From positions 26,083 through 90,082 of the forward strand of contig JBDTOT010000018.1 in NCBI GenBank assembly GCA_039933105.1: a DNA stretch of 64,000 nt. Direction: 5' to 3'. The stretch comes from Gammaproteobacteria bacterium (GTDB lineage Bacteria > Pseudomonadota > Gammaproteobacteria > Steroidobacterales > Rariloculaceae). Below are positions 53,061 through 61,394 of this stretch, one piece after another. Made by a program: the position numbers and the translations under genes. How positions within the stretch are numbered: the stretch's first letter is position 1; each line of letters begins with the position of its first letter. The notes under the pieces were generated by a model. The model did no database searches and was not told the DNA's origin. It saw nothing but the letters and a program-made list of their open reading frames with translations.

Positions 53061-53920
53061 TTCACGGACTCGATGGCACGTCGCAGCTCCGGCACGTAAT
53101 CCGGATACATCGTGGCGGCGCCACCGCGCGCTGCCGCCTGCGGCAACCCGTGCCGGATCGCGTACTCCGTCAGGAACGTATTCGTGCCCGGCAGATGGTG
53201 CGGCACCAGACCCCGCGGGCGCTCGATCTCGATGGCGGGAATGCACGAGAAGGGGCTCAACTCGAGCCCCGGATCGAGCACCCAGTCGGACGTACGAACG
53301 AGCGGCTCGGTGAGATATACGGGATCGGTGACGACGGTCGCCAGCGTCAAGTAGTCTTCGTGGCGGATGAAGTACTCGATGACGGTCGCGCGGTCGCTGC
53401 GCGGCAGACCGTTGCGGCGCACCCACGCCTCTTTCAGATGCGTGGTCGTCACCTTCAGTACATCGCCCTCCCACTCGCCCGTGGAAAAGCCCTGCCAGCT
53501 ATGCTGTGCGTATTGCGACGGATGCGGGCGGCCGTCCATATAGACGGTTCGATGCGACAGACTCCACATGACGGTAACGTCCCAGGACACGACATCCTGC
53601 GAGATCGGATCCACCGTGTTGCCGATCCGCAAGCTCGCCGGACCGCGCGGCGCGTAATCGGCCGGATGCGGCTCGCACTGCCTCTCCGGCATCGTCCACT
53701 TCGCCGCGTCCCACGAGTCGGCACGTAGACGAGCGGCGTCATTCACGGGTAACCCAGCGTAATCGCCGATCTCGGGGCCGGCGCCGCGCTCCGGCAGTTC
53801 CTCGTGGAACCGCTGCGCCCACATACCCGCAAGATCCATCTGCGCACGGACCGGCAGGCTCGCGCCAAGCACGAACAGGGCCGTGACGGCGGAAACGTAC
53901 GGCACCCGCGCCGCACTCAT
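53057..53920 (-). CDS. UXP superfamily, subtype C (C1), exported
   Basis: Starts 1 nt after the upstream stop. Landmarks: DLAGMW, GDYAGLPVND, RQCEPHP, YMDGRPHP, GEWEGDVLKVTT, VRRNGLPRSD, VTDPVYLTEPL. Confidence 0.85.
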   Translation of the reverse strand: MSAARVPYVSAVTALFVLGASLPVRAQMDLAGMWAQRFHEELPERGAGPEIGDYAGLPVNDAARLRADSWDAAKWTMPERQCEPHPADYAPRGPASLRIGNTVDPISQDVVSWDVTVMWSLSHRTVYMDGRPHPSQYAQHSWQGFSTGEWEGDVLKVTTTHLKEAWVRRNGLPRSDRATVIEYFIRHEDYLTLATVVTDPVYLTEPLVRTSDWVLDPGLELSPFSCIPAIEIERPRGLVPHHLPGTNTFLTEYAIRHGLPQAAARGGAATMYPDYVPELRRAIESVK

Positions 53921-53921
53921 G

Positions 53922-56090
53922 TCACTTCGCCAACGGGTCCGGCCGCAACTGGAACTTCACGACGGAGCTGTGCGTGCCCTTGCCGCCCTCGATGTGCCAC
54001 ACGGCGTTCTGCCCATAGTCAGCGTACATCGCGCGGCCTTTCCAGCCGCCGTTCGGATCGTCGATGCGGCCGTCCATGCCGCGCGAGAAAAAGCCGAGCG
54101 GGTATGGCACACGGAGCACGACCCAGCGACCGTCAGGCTGCAGCGCCAGCAGCGAGTCGGAGTTCGTGCCGTTCGCAATGGCCACGTTCGGTCCGAGACC
54201 GAGCGTGTTGTGCTGATCGACGAAGTTGTAATAGCTCATGTCGACAGGAATCGCGTCGGTGGCGCCCTTGAAGTGCGGCCCCGGAGTTCGGTAAAGCGTC
54301 CACCCCTCGGCGCAATGCTGCGGATTCAACGCCTCGGGACCCGTGAGGACGCGACACTTGCGTCGATCGAAGCTCGCGAGATGCCCGCTGCCCGCGAGCG
54401 CCGTCCAGATCACGCCGTTGGAGTCGACGTCGATGCCGCGCGGTGTGTAGCCGTTGACGTTTACCGCAGGGTTGTTGAACGGCGGCTCGTACACTTCCGA
54501 CACGCACGTCTTGGGATCGATGCGCACGATGCGCCCGGGCATCGGCCCCGGCACTGCGCCCCAAATGTGGCCGTCGGTCGGATGCGCGATGACGCTGTAG
54601 AAAACTCCGGGCGGAACCTCCATGCCGGCCAACATGCCGGTCGGCTTGGGAAAGTTCGCGAATACGTAGCGGTCCACCTTGGGATCAATCTTGCCGTCGC
54701 CGTCGACGTCGTAATAAGGCAAGCACCAACCTTGCGCCTTGGCCTCGTCGCCCGTCTCCTCGAGCACGCGCGTGTTGATCCAGCCGAGCGCGCCGCTGAA
54801 CACGCCATTCGCGTACAACGTCTCGTCCTTGTCGTTCGCGAACTGCACGTGGTGAGTGTCGAAGCACGTGTTCACCTGGTGGAACTGCTTCGTCTTCGGA
54901 TCGAAGTACTGCACCTGGCGGAAGCTCGTCGCTCGCGGCGCAAGCGCCGCCGACGGATGCGTCTTGCAGAACTCCGGCTGGTTCTCCGGAAGCCTGAACC
55001 GCGATGACATCCACACGCGGCCCTTGCGGTCCATGGCGGCATGATTCGTGATCGCCGGATCGAACCAGTACGGCTCGCTACCCCAGTAGGGCGACGGCTT
55101 CGGCATGACCTGTGGCTTGCCCGGCGGAATGTTCGCATCGCGCACCGGAATCCGCACGTCCGTCACCTGGTTGGTGTTCGGATCAAGCGTCAGGAACGCA
55201 TCGTTACCCCAGTCGACACCGTAGATCGGCCCCTTGGCATTCGCTGTCGGATTGCGTTTGTCGGTCGAGAGCTCGTCGTGCGCAAACGTGGCGGCGGAGC
55301 CCCACTCCCACAGCGTCAGCACGAGATTACGCTCGACACCCTCCGGGCGCGGCGGCACTGGCGGAAGCTCGCCGGCCGCAATTCGATCGGTCCAATCCGC
55401 GTACATCGTGAGCGCCGCTTTGCGGCCCATGGTGCCGAGCGCAGCAATCATCGAGGTGCCGTCCTGACCCACCTGCGTGCGGTGGTCCCAGGCGTCGTAA
55501 GACGATTCGAATTTGCCGAGCGCCGGCAACATCGTGCGCGTCGGCAGGTTGCCGAGTTGATGGCACACGTTGCAGCCAGTCTTGATCTCGTTGATCCAAT
55601 GGTGCTGCGTCGCCATCCGCGGCTCGATGCCGTTGCCTTGGGCGCCCGTGCCGGGGAATTGGTCGGCGCCCGGGATCTGAATTAGCGAGTACCAATAGCT
55701 CGCGGGGTACACCTGCGCCGCCGCGCGCGCGTCCGGCGCGATTACCGCTCGCAACGACACGTGACTACCCGGGGTTGCGCGAATGCTGGGCGAGTCTACG
55801 AGACCGTAACCCCGTACCCACAGCGTGTAAGTAGCCTGCGGCAGGTCGGGCAGCACGTAGCGACCCCGGTCGTCCGTGACGACGATCTTGCGGAACTTCG
55901 TGGGCAGGTCCGTCGTCTCGGCGATGACCCACACGCCGGCTTCCGGTCCGCGGTCGCCGGCAACGACCCCGGCGATGTCGTCGGAATCGATCGCGATCTC
56001 GCCGATCCCCTGGGCCCTCACGAATGAGGCCGCGCACGAGAATGCGCACGCCGCCAGGATCGCCGCGTAACTTCGCCGCAGGTTCGCCAT
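53922..56090 (-). CDS. Large secreted protein: carboxypeptidase-regulatory-like N-domain, single CxxCH motif, beta-propeller-like body
   Basis: ATG 56090 is preceded by AGGGGGG. Signal peptide, then VWVIAETTDLPTKFRKIVVTDDRGRYVLPDLPQATYTLWVRGYG (Ig-like CarboxypepD_reg pattern), then GCNVCHQLGN, then about 480 aa of repetitive strands. Confidence 0.8.
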   Translation of the reverse strand: MANLRRSYAAILAACAFSCAASFVRAQGIGEIAIDSDDIAGVVAGDRGPEAGVWVIAETTDLPTKFRKIVVTDDRGRYVLPDLPQATYTLWVRGYGLVDSPSIRATPGSHVSLRAVIAPDARAAAQVYPASYWYSLIQIPGADQFPGTGAQGNGIEPRMATQHHWINEIKTGCNVCHQLGNLPTRTMLPALGKFESSYDAWDHRTQVGQDGTSMIAALGTMGRKAALTMYADWTDRIAAGELPPVPPRPEGVERNLVLTLWEWGSAATFAHDELSTDKRNPTANAKGPIYGVDWGNDAFLTLDPNTNQVTDVRIPVRDANIPPGKPQVMPKPSPYWGSEPYWFDPAITNHAAMDRKGRVWMSSRFRLPENQPEFCKTHPSAALAPRATSFRQVQYFDPKTKQFHQVNTCFDTHHVQFANDKDETLYANGVFSGALGWINTRVLEETGDEAKAQGWCLPYYDVDGDGKIDPKVDRYVFANFPKPTGMLAGMEVPPGVFYSVIAHPTDGHIWGAVPGPMPGRIVRIDPKTCVSEVYEPPFNNPAVNVNGYTPRGIDVDSNGVIWTALAGSGHLASFDRRKCRVLTGPEALNPQHCAEGWTLYRTPGPHFKGATDAIPVDMSYYNFVDQHNTLGLGPNVAIANGTNSDSLLALQPDGRWVVLRVPYPLGFFSRGMDGRIDDPNGGWKGRAMYADYGQNAVWHIEGGKGTHSSVVKFQLRPDPLAK

Positions 56091-56183
56091 AGTCCCCCCT
56101 CGCTGTTCGCCGCTGCCCCTGTTCGCCGTTCGCTGCGGCGAAGGGGCACTGCCCGAAGGGGTTAGATAGCCCGCCAGCGCTTG

Positions 56184-56227
56184 GGAGTACTGAAATCGCT
56201 CCGAAAATGCCGGAAAAACGCCGAATG
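56184..56227. repeat. Direct-repeat unit R1 (GGAGTACTGAAATCGCTCCGAAAATGCCGGAAAAACGCCGAATG)
   Basis: Matches R2 at about 36 of 44 positions by eye. Contains the CTGAAATCGC 10-mer (56190-56199) and CCGAAAATGC (56201-56210). Confidence 0.6.
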
Positions 56228-56281
56228 ACCGGTTGATCGCCAAATTGCTCGGTTCTCACTGGGTACGCTAGACTGCCTCGA

Positions 56282-56324
56282 GGAGTACTCAAACGCTCCG
56301 AAAAGCGCGGAAGAACAACGAATG
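56282..56324. repeat. Direct-repeat unit R2 (GGAGTACTCAAACGCTCCGAAAAGCGCGGAAGAACAACGAATG)
   Basis: Lies 98 bp downstream of R1 in the same orientation. Its terminal ATG is the regulator start codon (56322). Confidence 0.6.
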
Positions 56325-58571
56325 CGCGCGCCCCCTCCAGTAAGCACTCCGCCCGGCGCGACGAACGCGGCGCCTATCGCCTATGTGTTCGGGGAATTCA
56401 CGCTCGACGTCGCATCGCGCCAACTCCGGCGTGACACAGACAGCGACGTGCAACTGCCCTCGCGTGCGTTCGATGCGCTCTTGTACCTGGTGGAACACCG
56501 CGATCGTCTCGTGCAAAAGAACGAGCTCGTCGAGGCCGTATGGCACGACGTGGTCGTTACCGACGACAGTCTGATACACGCGATCTCCGTCCTTCGACGA
56601 GCCCTCGCCGATGACCCCAACGAGCCGCGCTACGTCCAGACGGTTCCGCGCCGCGGCTACCGTTTCGTCGCCGCCGTTCGTGTCATCCCGGGCAGAACCG
56701 CGCCGACCGAAACGGCGCATAGGCCCTCCGCTGCCTCCGCATCCTTCGAAGCCGCCGGTGCGGCGATACGAGCCGACACGGCGCCGCGGCGAATCCGTTG
56801 GCTCCCCCAACGCAACGCGGCATCCGTAGGCATTGCCATCGCGTTGGCCGCCGCCATCGGGGTTGCTTGCGCCTCACTCTGGGGTGGCTTCCATCGGAAC
56901 GCAGAGGTCCGCGAACCGGGGCGAGCAGTCCGCCTGTTTCAGCCTGCCCCGGAGGGCGCGACCATCGTGTCGAGTGGCGTGCTGTCGCCCGACGGGCGGT
57001 GCCTGACATTCGTTGCGCGAGACAACTTGAGCGGCAGAAGCACGCTCTGGGTCCGCACGCTGCATTCTTCGGAGCTGAAGCCGCTCGACAACACGGCAGG
57101 CGCGTCCAAACCTTTTTGGTCTCCAGACTCTGCCCGCATCGGCTTCTTCGCCAGCGGCAACCTGATGACAGTGAATGCGGCCGGGGGCGAGGCTCGCACG
57201 GTTGCTCGCGTCGGTATCACGCCGGCGGGCGGAACGTGGGCCGGCGACGACACCATCCTGTTCGCGGACTGGGCCAAGGGCTTGTATGCCGTCGGAGCGC
57301 ACGGCGGGGAGCCCGAGACCGTGGCCACCCTCGACCGGACGGCGCGCGACATCGCTTTCTCGTGGCCACAGTTCCTGCCCGATGGACGCCATTTTCTGTA
57401 TCAAATCGTCAGTCTCGATGCGGCCCGCACCGGCACCTACGTCGGCGACCTCGACACCCGGAAAAGCGTCCGATTGTTGGACACGGAATCGCCGGCCGTC
57501 TTCGCCCCGCCTCAGTACGTCCTCCACATTCAGCGTGACATGTTGATCGCCGAGGAATTCGACGTGCGCACGCTGCAACTCACCGGTCGCGCCACCGTTC
57601 TGGCACGTGGGGTCTCGACGCCGTCACCTGCGGACGAGAACGTGGTATCGGCAGCGGGCGACCTGATCGCCTATCGTCAGGGTATCCGCCAACAGCAACT
57701 CGCGTGGGTGAACAGATCCGGTGAAATCCTGAGCACCGTGCACATGCCGATCGAGGTGTTCAACCCACGAGTCTCTCCGGACGGATCCCAGTTGCTCGCG
57801 ACGAGCTCGGTCACCACCAATCCCGGACTCTGGCTCGCGAGCTTGTCGCGTACGGAATTCGAGCGACTCGAGACCGATGCGATTGCGCCACTTTGGTCAC
57901 CGGACGGCGGGCGAATCGCTTACACGGCGCGCGGCGGGTTCGACCTGATCGTCCGCTCCACTGCGAGTGGCGACTCTCGTCCGCTGGTCACGGATGGCGC
58001 AATCAAAATACTGAACGACTGGTCGCCGGACGGCGAGCAGATTGTCTATACGCAACTCGACGATCGAACCCGGATGGATCTGTGGGGAATCCGCGTCAAA
58101 GACGGGACCGTGTTTCCAATTCTCGCAACGCCCTTCAACGAGATGCAGGCGCGAATCTCGCCCGATGGGAAATGGATCGCATACGTGTCGGACGAGAGTG
58201 GCGCGGCCGAGGTCTACGCACAACACTACCCGCAGCTCGGTGAGCGTTACAAAGTGTCGGCCGACGGTGGCGGCCAACCGCAATGGCGGCACGACCAGCG
58301 TGAGATGTTCTACATCGCGCCGGACCACACGATCGTCGCGGTTCCGGTCGACCCGTCTGGCGGGCAGCCCACCTTCGGCTCACCCCAACGCTTGTTCCGC
58401 GCTCCCGGTCCAGAGGGTGCGCGCGACAACTACGCCGCCACGGCAGACGGCAGACGGTTCCTCGTTGACGGCTCGATCGCGGACGTTGGCAACACCGCGA
58501 TCACCGTAGTGGTCAACTGGCCGGCGGAGGCCGGCGTCGCGGCGCAGCCGCGTGCCCAACGTCTCGAGTAA
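56322..58571 (+). CDS. Membrane-anchored winged-helix (OmpR/CadC-type) regulator with periplasmic TolB-like beta-propeller
   Basis: N-terminus FGEFTLDVASRQLRRD...LPSRAFDALLYLVEHRDRLVQKNELVEAVW...VPRRGYRF. One TM segment (VGIAIALAAAIGVACASLW). Repeated SPDG/PDGR propeller blades. Confidence 0.85.
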   Translation: MRAPPPVSTPPGATNAAPIAYVFGEFTLDVASRQLRRDTDSDVQLPSRAFDALLYLVEHRDRLVQKNELVEAVWHDVVVTDDSLIHAISVLRRALADDPNEPRYVQTVPRRGYRFVAAVRVIPGRTAPTETAHRPSAASASFEAAGAAIRADTAPRRIRWLPQRNAASVGIAIALAAAIGVACASLWGGFHRNAEVREPGRAVRLFQPAPEGATIVSSGVLSPDGRCLTFVARDNLSGRSTLWVRTLHSSELKPLDNTAGASKPFWSPDSARIGFFASGNLMTVNAAGGEARTVARVGITPAGGTWAGDDTILFADWAKGLYAVGAHGGEPETVATLDRTARDIAFSWPQFLPDGRHFLYQIVSLDAARTGTYVGDLDTRKSVRLLDTESPAVFAPPQYVLHIQRDMLIAEEFDVRTLQLTGRATVLARGVSTPSPADENVVSAAGDLIAYRQGIRQQQLAWVNRSGEILSTVHMPIEVFNPRVSPDGSQLLATSSVTTNPGLWLASLSRTEFERLETDAIAPLWSPDGGRIAYTARGGFDLIVRSTASGDSRPLVTDGAIKILNDWSPDGEQIVYTQLDDRTRMDLWGIRVKDGTVFPILATPFNEMQARISPDGKWIAYVSDESGAAEVYAQHYPQLGERYKVSADGGGQPQWRHDQREMFYIAPDHTIVAVPVDPSGGQPTFGSPQRLFRAPGPEGARDNYAATADGRRFLVDGSIADVGNTAITVVVNWPAEAGVAAQPRAQRLE

Positions 58572-58595
58572 GCGCGCCCGCCAGCGGAAACTCGC

Positions 58596-59102
58596 TCAGG
58601 GCGACCATTCCGCCGTGGGCTTCGGCAACGCGCCGCTCTCACCGTGCGAAGTTGCACCGGCGACGCTGTCGCAGTGCTTGCCTGGGGCCGGCGGCGTGTT
58701 GGGCGGGCATTTGAATAACCCGGATTTGCCCCGACCGCCACCCGTCAATCCGCTACGCAACGGATGCAGGCCAATGCTGAAAATCGTCCCAGGCGGAAAG
58801 CTCTGAGCCGTTATACCCTCGAGCGCAACTTGGCTCGCTGAGCGCAGCTCGACGGACCAGATCACGGGTTTTCCCGCAGCGTCGCGGACGACCACCTGGC
58901 GCGCTTCGTTCAGAGGCGAAAAAAAGATCGTGAGGTGACTAGGATCGGGGCTCACGCGCGTGACGACCCCGGTCAAAACGTAGGTCTTCTCACCGTCGTA
59001 CATCGCAAACGAATGATGCGCGAATGCCGACATGGAGGCAGCCCCAGCGACCACGGTCGCGAGCAAGGCGACAGCCGCGGAGCTAAAACGACGTTGCTGC
59101 AT
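58596..59102 (-). CDS. HH-family small periplasmic protein (B5) with Cys-containing C-terminal tail
   Basis: ATG 59102 lies 11 nt after the E2 stop; the 315-aa track ORF overshoots. Signal peptide ending SAFA, then HHSFAMYD and DPSH. The tail contains FKCPPNTPPAPGKHC. Confidence 0.78.
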   Translation of the reverse strand: MQQRRFSSAAVALLATVVAGAASMSAFAHHSFAMYDGEKTYVLTGVVTRVSPDPSHLTIFFSPLNEARQVVVRDAAGKPVIWSVELRSASQVALEGITAQSFPPGTIFSIGLHPLRSGLTGGGRGKSGLFKCPPNTPPAPGKHCDSVAGATSHGESGALPKPTAEWSP

Positions 59103-59113
59103 ATCGCTCTCCG

Positions 59114-60472
59114 TCACTTGAATCCGAACAGCGGCGCAGCGGTGGGTCGTTCCATACCGGCCTCGAAGTACTGTTCCCAGATTTGCGCCCAGGGTCGGTT
59201 GTACACATCGGGCACGGTGTACTCGATCGTCGTCCCGGGCGGAACCGGCGTTGCGATTCCGTTGATCGGGTAGTTGTAGCGGACACACTCGATATAGAGA
59301 TAAGGGTTCCCCTCGTTTAGCGCGCCCGTCTTGTCCCACCGGTGGATGATTCGCACCGGCTGCACCAGGGCTTCCGGATCGTAGAAGACAGCCTCGTGAA
59401 CGATGCCGTTGACCCTGCCCTGGTCGTCCTTCCGCGGCGTGTAGATCTCGATCGACTGCATCTGGCTGCTGAACTCGAACGCTCCGTGCGACATCCAGCC
59501 CTGGACGTTCGACGTCCATGTCACGAGCGCATCTCCATCCCAAAAGCCGATCGTCTCACCGTACCAGCGACGGACGTCCGCGGAGAGATACGGCACAGTG
59601 CCGTCCTCTTTGAATCGCCGCCCGATCAGTGCGTGCGTGATGAAGTTTCCCGCCGTGACGTTCAGCACCTGGAACAGCTCGGGAGTCATCATGATCGAAG
59701 GGCTGAAGCCGGAGTACTGCGCGATCCGCCGCATGAACCCTTCGGGCTGGCAGTACGACGCCGGCCACTGCGGCGCGTTGGTCGCAGCGTAGTGATACAT
59801 CTGCTGCACGAACCGAGTTTGGTATTCGGGTGTCAGCAGTGTCAGGTAGGTGGGTATCTGGAGCACTGCACCGTGATACCAGGTCGCCATCTTCGAGGCG
59901 TCCCGGCGATAGTTTCCGTTCCAGTTCGGTAGCGTGGCCTGGGTGTAGACGGTAGGCCCGCCTCGCTTGACCGTGTCCGCGAGCATCGCTTCGTAATGCT
60001 GTTTCGCGGTCTTGAATGGGTACGGGCTCACGATCTGATCGCGCGGATAATCCCGATCGCAGTACCCCCACGCGGCAGACGCGGGCGGCGAGTTGCCGAT
60101 CGTCGGCGTCTCGACTGCGCCCCATTGCGCTTCGAGACCGAGCGGCGAGTTACAGCGGAAATAGCGCGCGTCGCGCCACAGCTCGCGGTCCTTGTAGAAA
60201 TCCTTGGTCGTGAAAATGTCGCGCGGCAGCGGGCTGATGCCGGGAGGCGCCGCGCCGTTCTTTGCGGCGATGACGGGCACGACGTCGTCCGGCACGCCGG
60301 GACCCACCGCCGTACCCTTGCCGTCCGGGCCCACCATCTGATCGACGTGCAGGGGCGCCGGCGCACCTCGGCCAACCAGGGGGGCCTGCGCATTGACGCA
60401 TGGCGCGATCAGGCAGACGGTCACCGCGATGATCGTCCACGACGGCCGGCCCGCGCATCGGCAAACGAGCAT
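59114..60472 (-). CDS. UXP superfamily, subtype E (E2), exported
   Basis: RBS GGGGGA. Paralogue of 12032..13438 along its full length. Confidence 0.85.
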   Translation of the reverse strand: MLVCRCAGRPSWTIIAVTVCLIAPCVNAQAPLVGRGAPAPLHVDQMVGPDGKGTAVGPGVPDDVVPVIAAKNGAAPPGISPLPRDIFTTKDFYKDRELWRDARYFRCNSPLGLEAQWGAVETPTIGNSPPASAAWGYCDRDYPRDQIVSPYPFKTAKQHYEAMLADTVKRGGPTVYTQATLPNWNGNYRRDASKMATWYHGAVLQIPTYLTLLTPEYQTRFVQQMYHYAATNAPQWPASYCQPEGFMRRIAQYSGFSPSIMMTPELFQVLNVTAGNFITHALIGRRFKEDGTVPYLSADVRRWYGETIGFWDGDALVTWTSNVQGWMSHGAFEFSSQMQSIEIYTPRKDDQGRVNGIVHEAVFYDPEALVQPVRIIHRWDKTGALNEGNPYLYIECVRYNYPINGIATPVPPGTTIEYTVPDVYNRPWAQIWEQYFEAGMERPTAAPLFGFK

Positions 60473-60615
60473 CCTACGTCCCCCCGAAAATGCGGATCTG
60501 GTTCGAGCCGCGCGGTTGCGGCCCGACTAACGGCTACGGATACCGGACGCCTTCGGCGAAGTCCGGAACAAAAGCGGAAAAGGTCCGAAAAACACCGAAC
60601 GGCGCAGCGGTCGCA

Positions 60616-61392
60616 TCAAGCCGGCGCTGAGCTCGGCGGCTCTGCTGCTCCTGTCATGAATGCCACCGCGTCGGCCATCGTGCAGTCCGTCGGCTCGATG
60701 ACGCACAACCTGCGCCCCAGGCGATGGATGTGGATGCGGTCGGCGACGTCGAACACATGAGGCATGTCGTGGCTGATCATGACGACCGACACTCCGCGGG
60801 CCCGCACCTCGCGGATCACGTCGAGAACCTTGCCGGTCTCTTTCACGCCCAGCGCTGCGGTGGGCTCATCTAGGATCACGATCTTCGAGCCGAACGCCAC
60901 CGCTCGAGCGACCGCAAGACCTTGCCGCTGACCGCCGGACAGCGTCTCCACCGCCTGGCGCATGTCCTTGATCGTCAGCAGCCCGAGATCGGCCAGTTTC
61001 CGGCGCGCGGTGTCTTCCATTGCGGACCGGTCGAGCTTCCGGAGCCACCGACCCATGAAACCCGGAGCTCGCACCTCCCGGCCCATAAACAGGTTGTCGG
61101 TGATCGACAGCGCCGGCGACAACGCCAGACCCTGATACACCGTCTCGATACCGGCAGCCCGTGCCTGCAGCGGCGAGACGAACTCCACGACGCGGCTCTC
61201 GAGGCGAATTTCGCCACTGTCCGGGCGCAACGCGCCCGAGATCGCCTTGATCAGCGTCGATTTGCCGGCGCCGTTATCGCCGATCACCGCCAGAATCTCG
61301 CCGGGCCGCAAGTCGAAATCGGCGTGATCGAGCGCCGTGATACGTCCAAAGCGTTTGACGAGACCGCGGACCGTGAGGATCGGTTCGGCCAT
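60616..61392 (-). CDS. Sugar ABC transporter ATP-binding protein
   Basis: ATG 61392; the 477-aa track ORF overshoots into the permease gene. Motifs seen: Walker A GDNGAGKST, signature LSGGQRQ, Walker B IVILDEPT. Confidence 0.9.
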   Translation of the reverse strand: MAEPILTVRGLVKRFGRITALDHADFDLRPGEILAVIGDNGAGKSTLIKAISGALRPDSGEIRLESRVVEFVSPLQARAAGIETVYQGLALSPALSITDNLFMGREVRAPGFMGRWLRKLDRSAMEDTARRKLADLGLLTIKDMRQAVETLSGGQRQGLAVARAVAFGSKIVILDEPTAALGVKETGKVLDVIREVRARGVSVVMISHDMPHVFDVADRIHIHRLGRRLCVIEPTDCTMADAVAFMTGAAEPPSSAPA

Positions 61393-61394
61393 GG

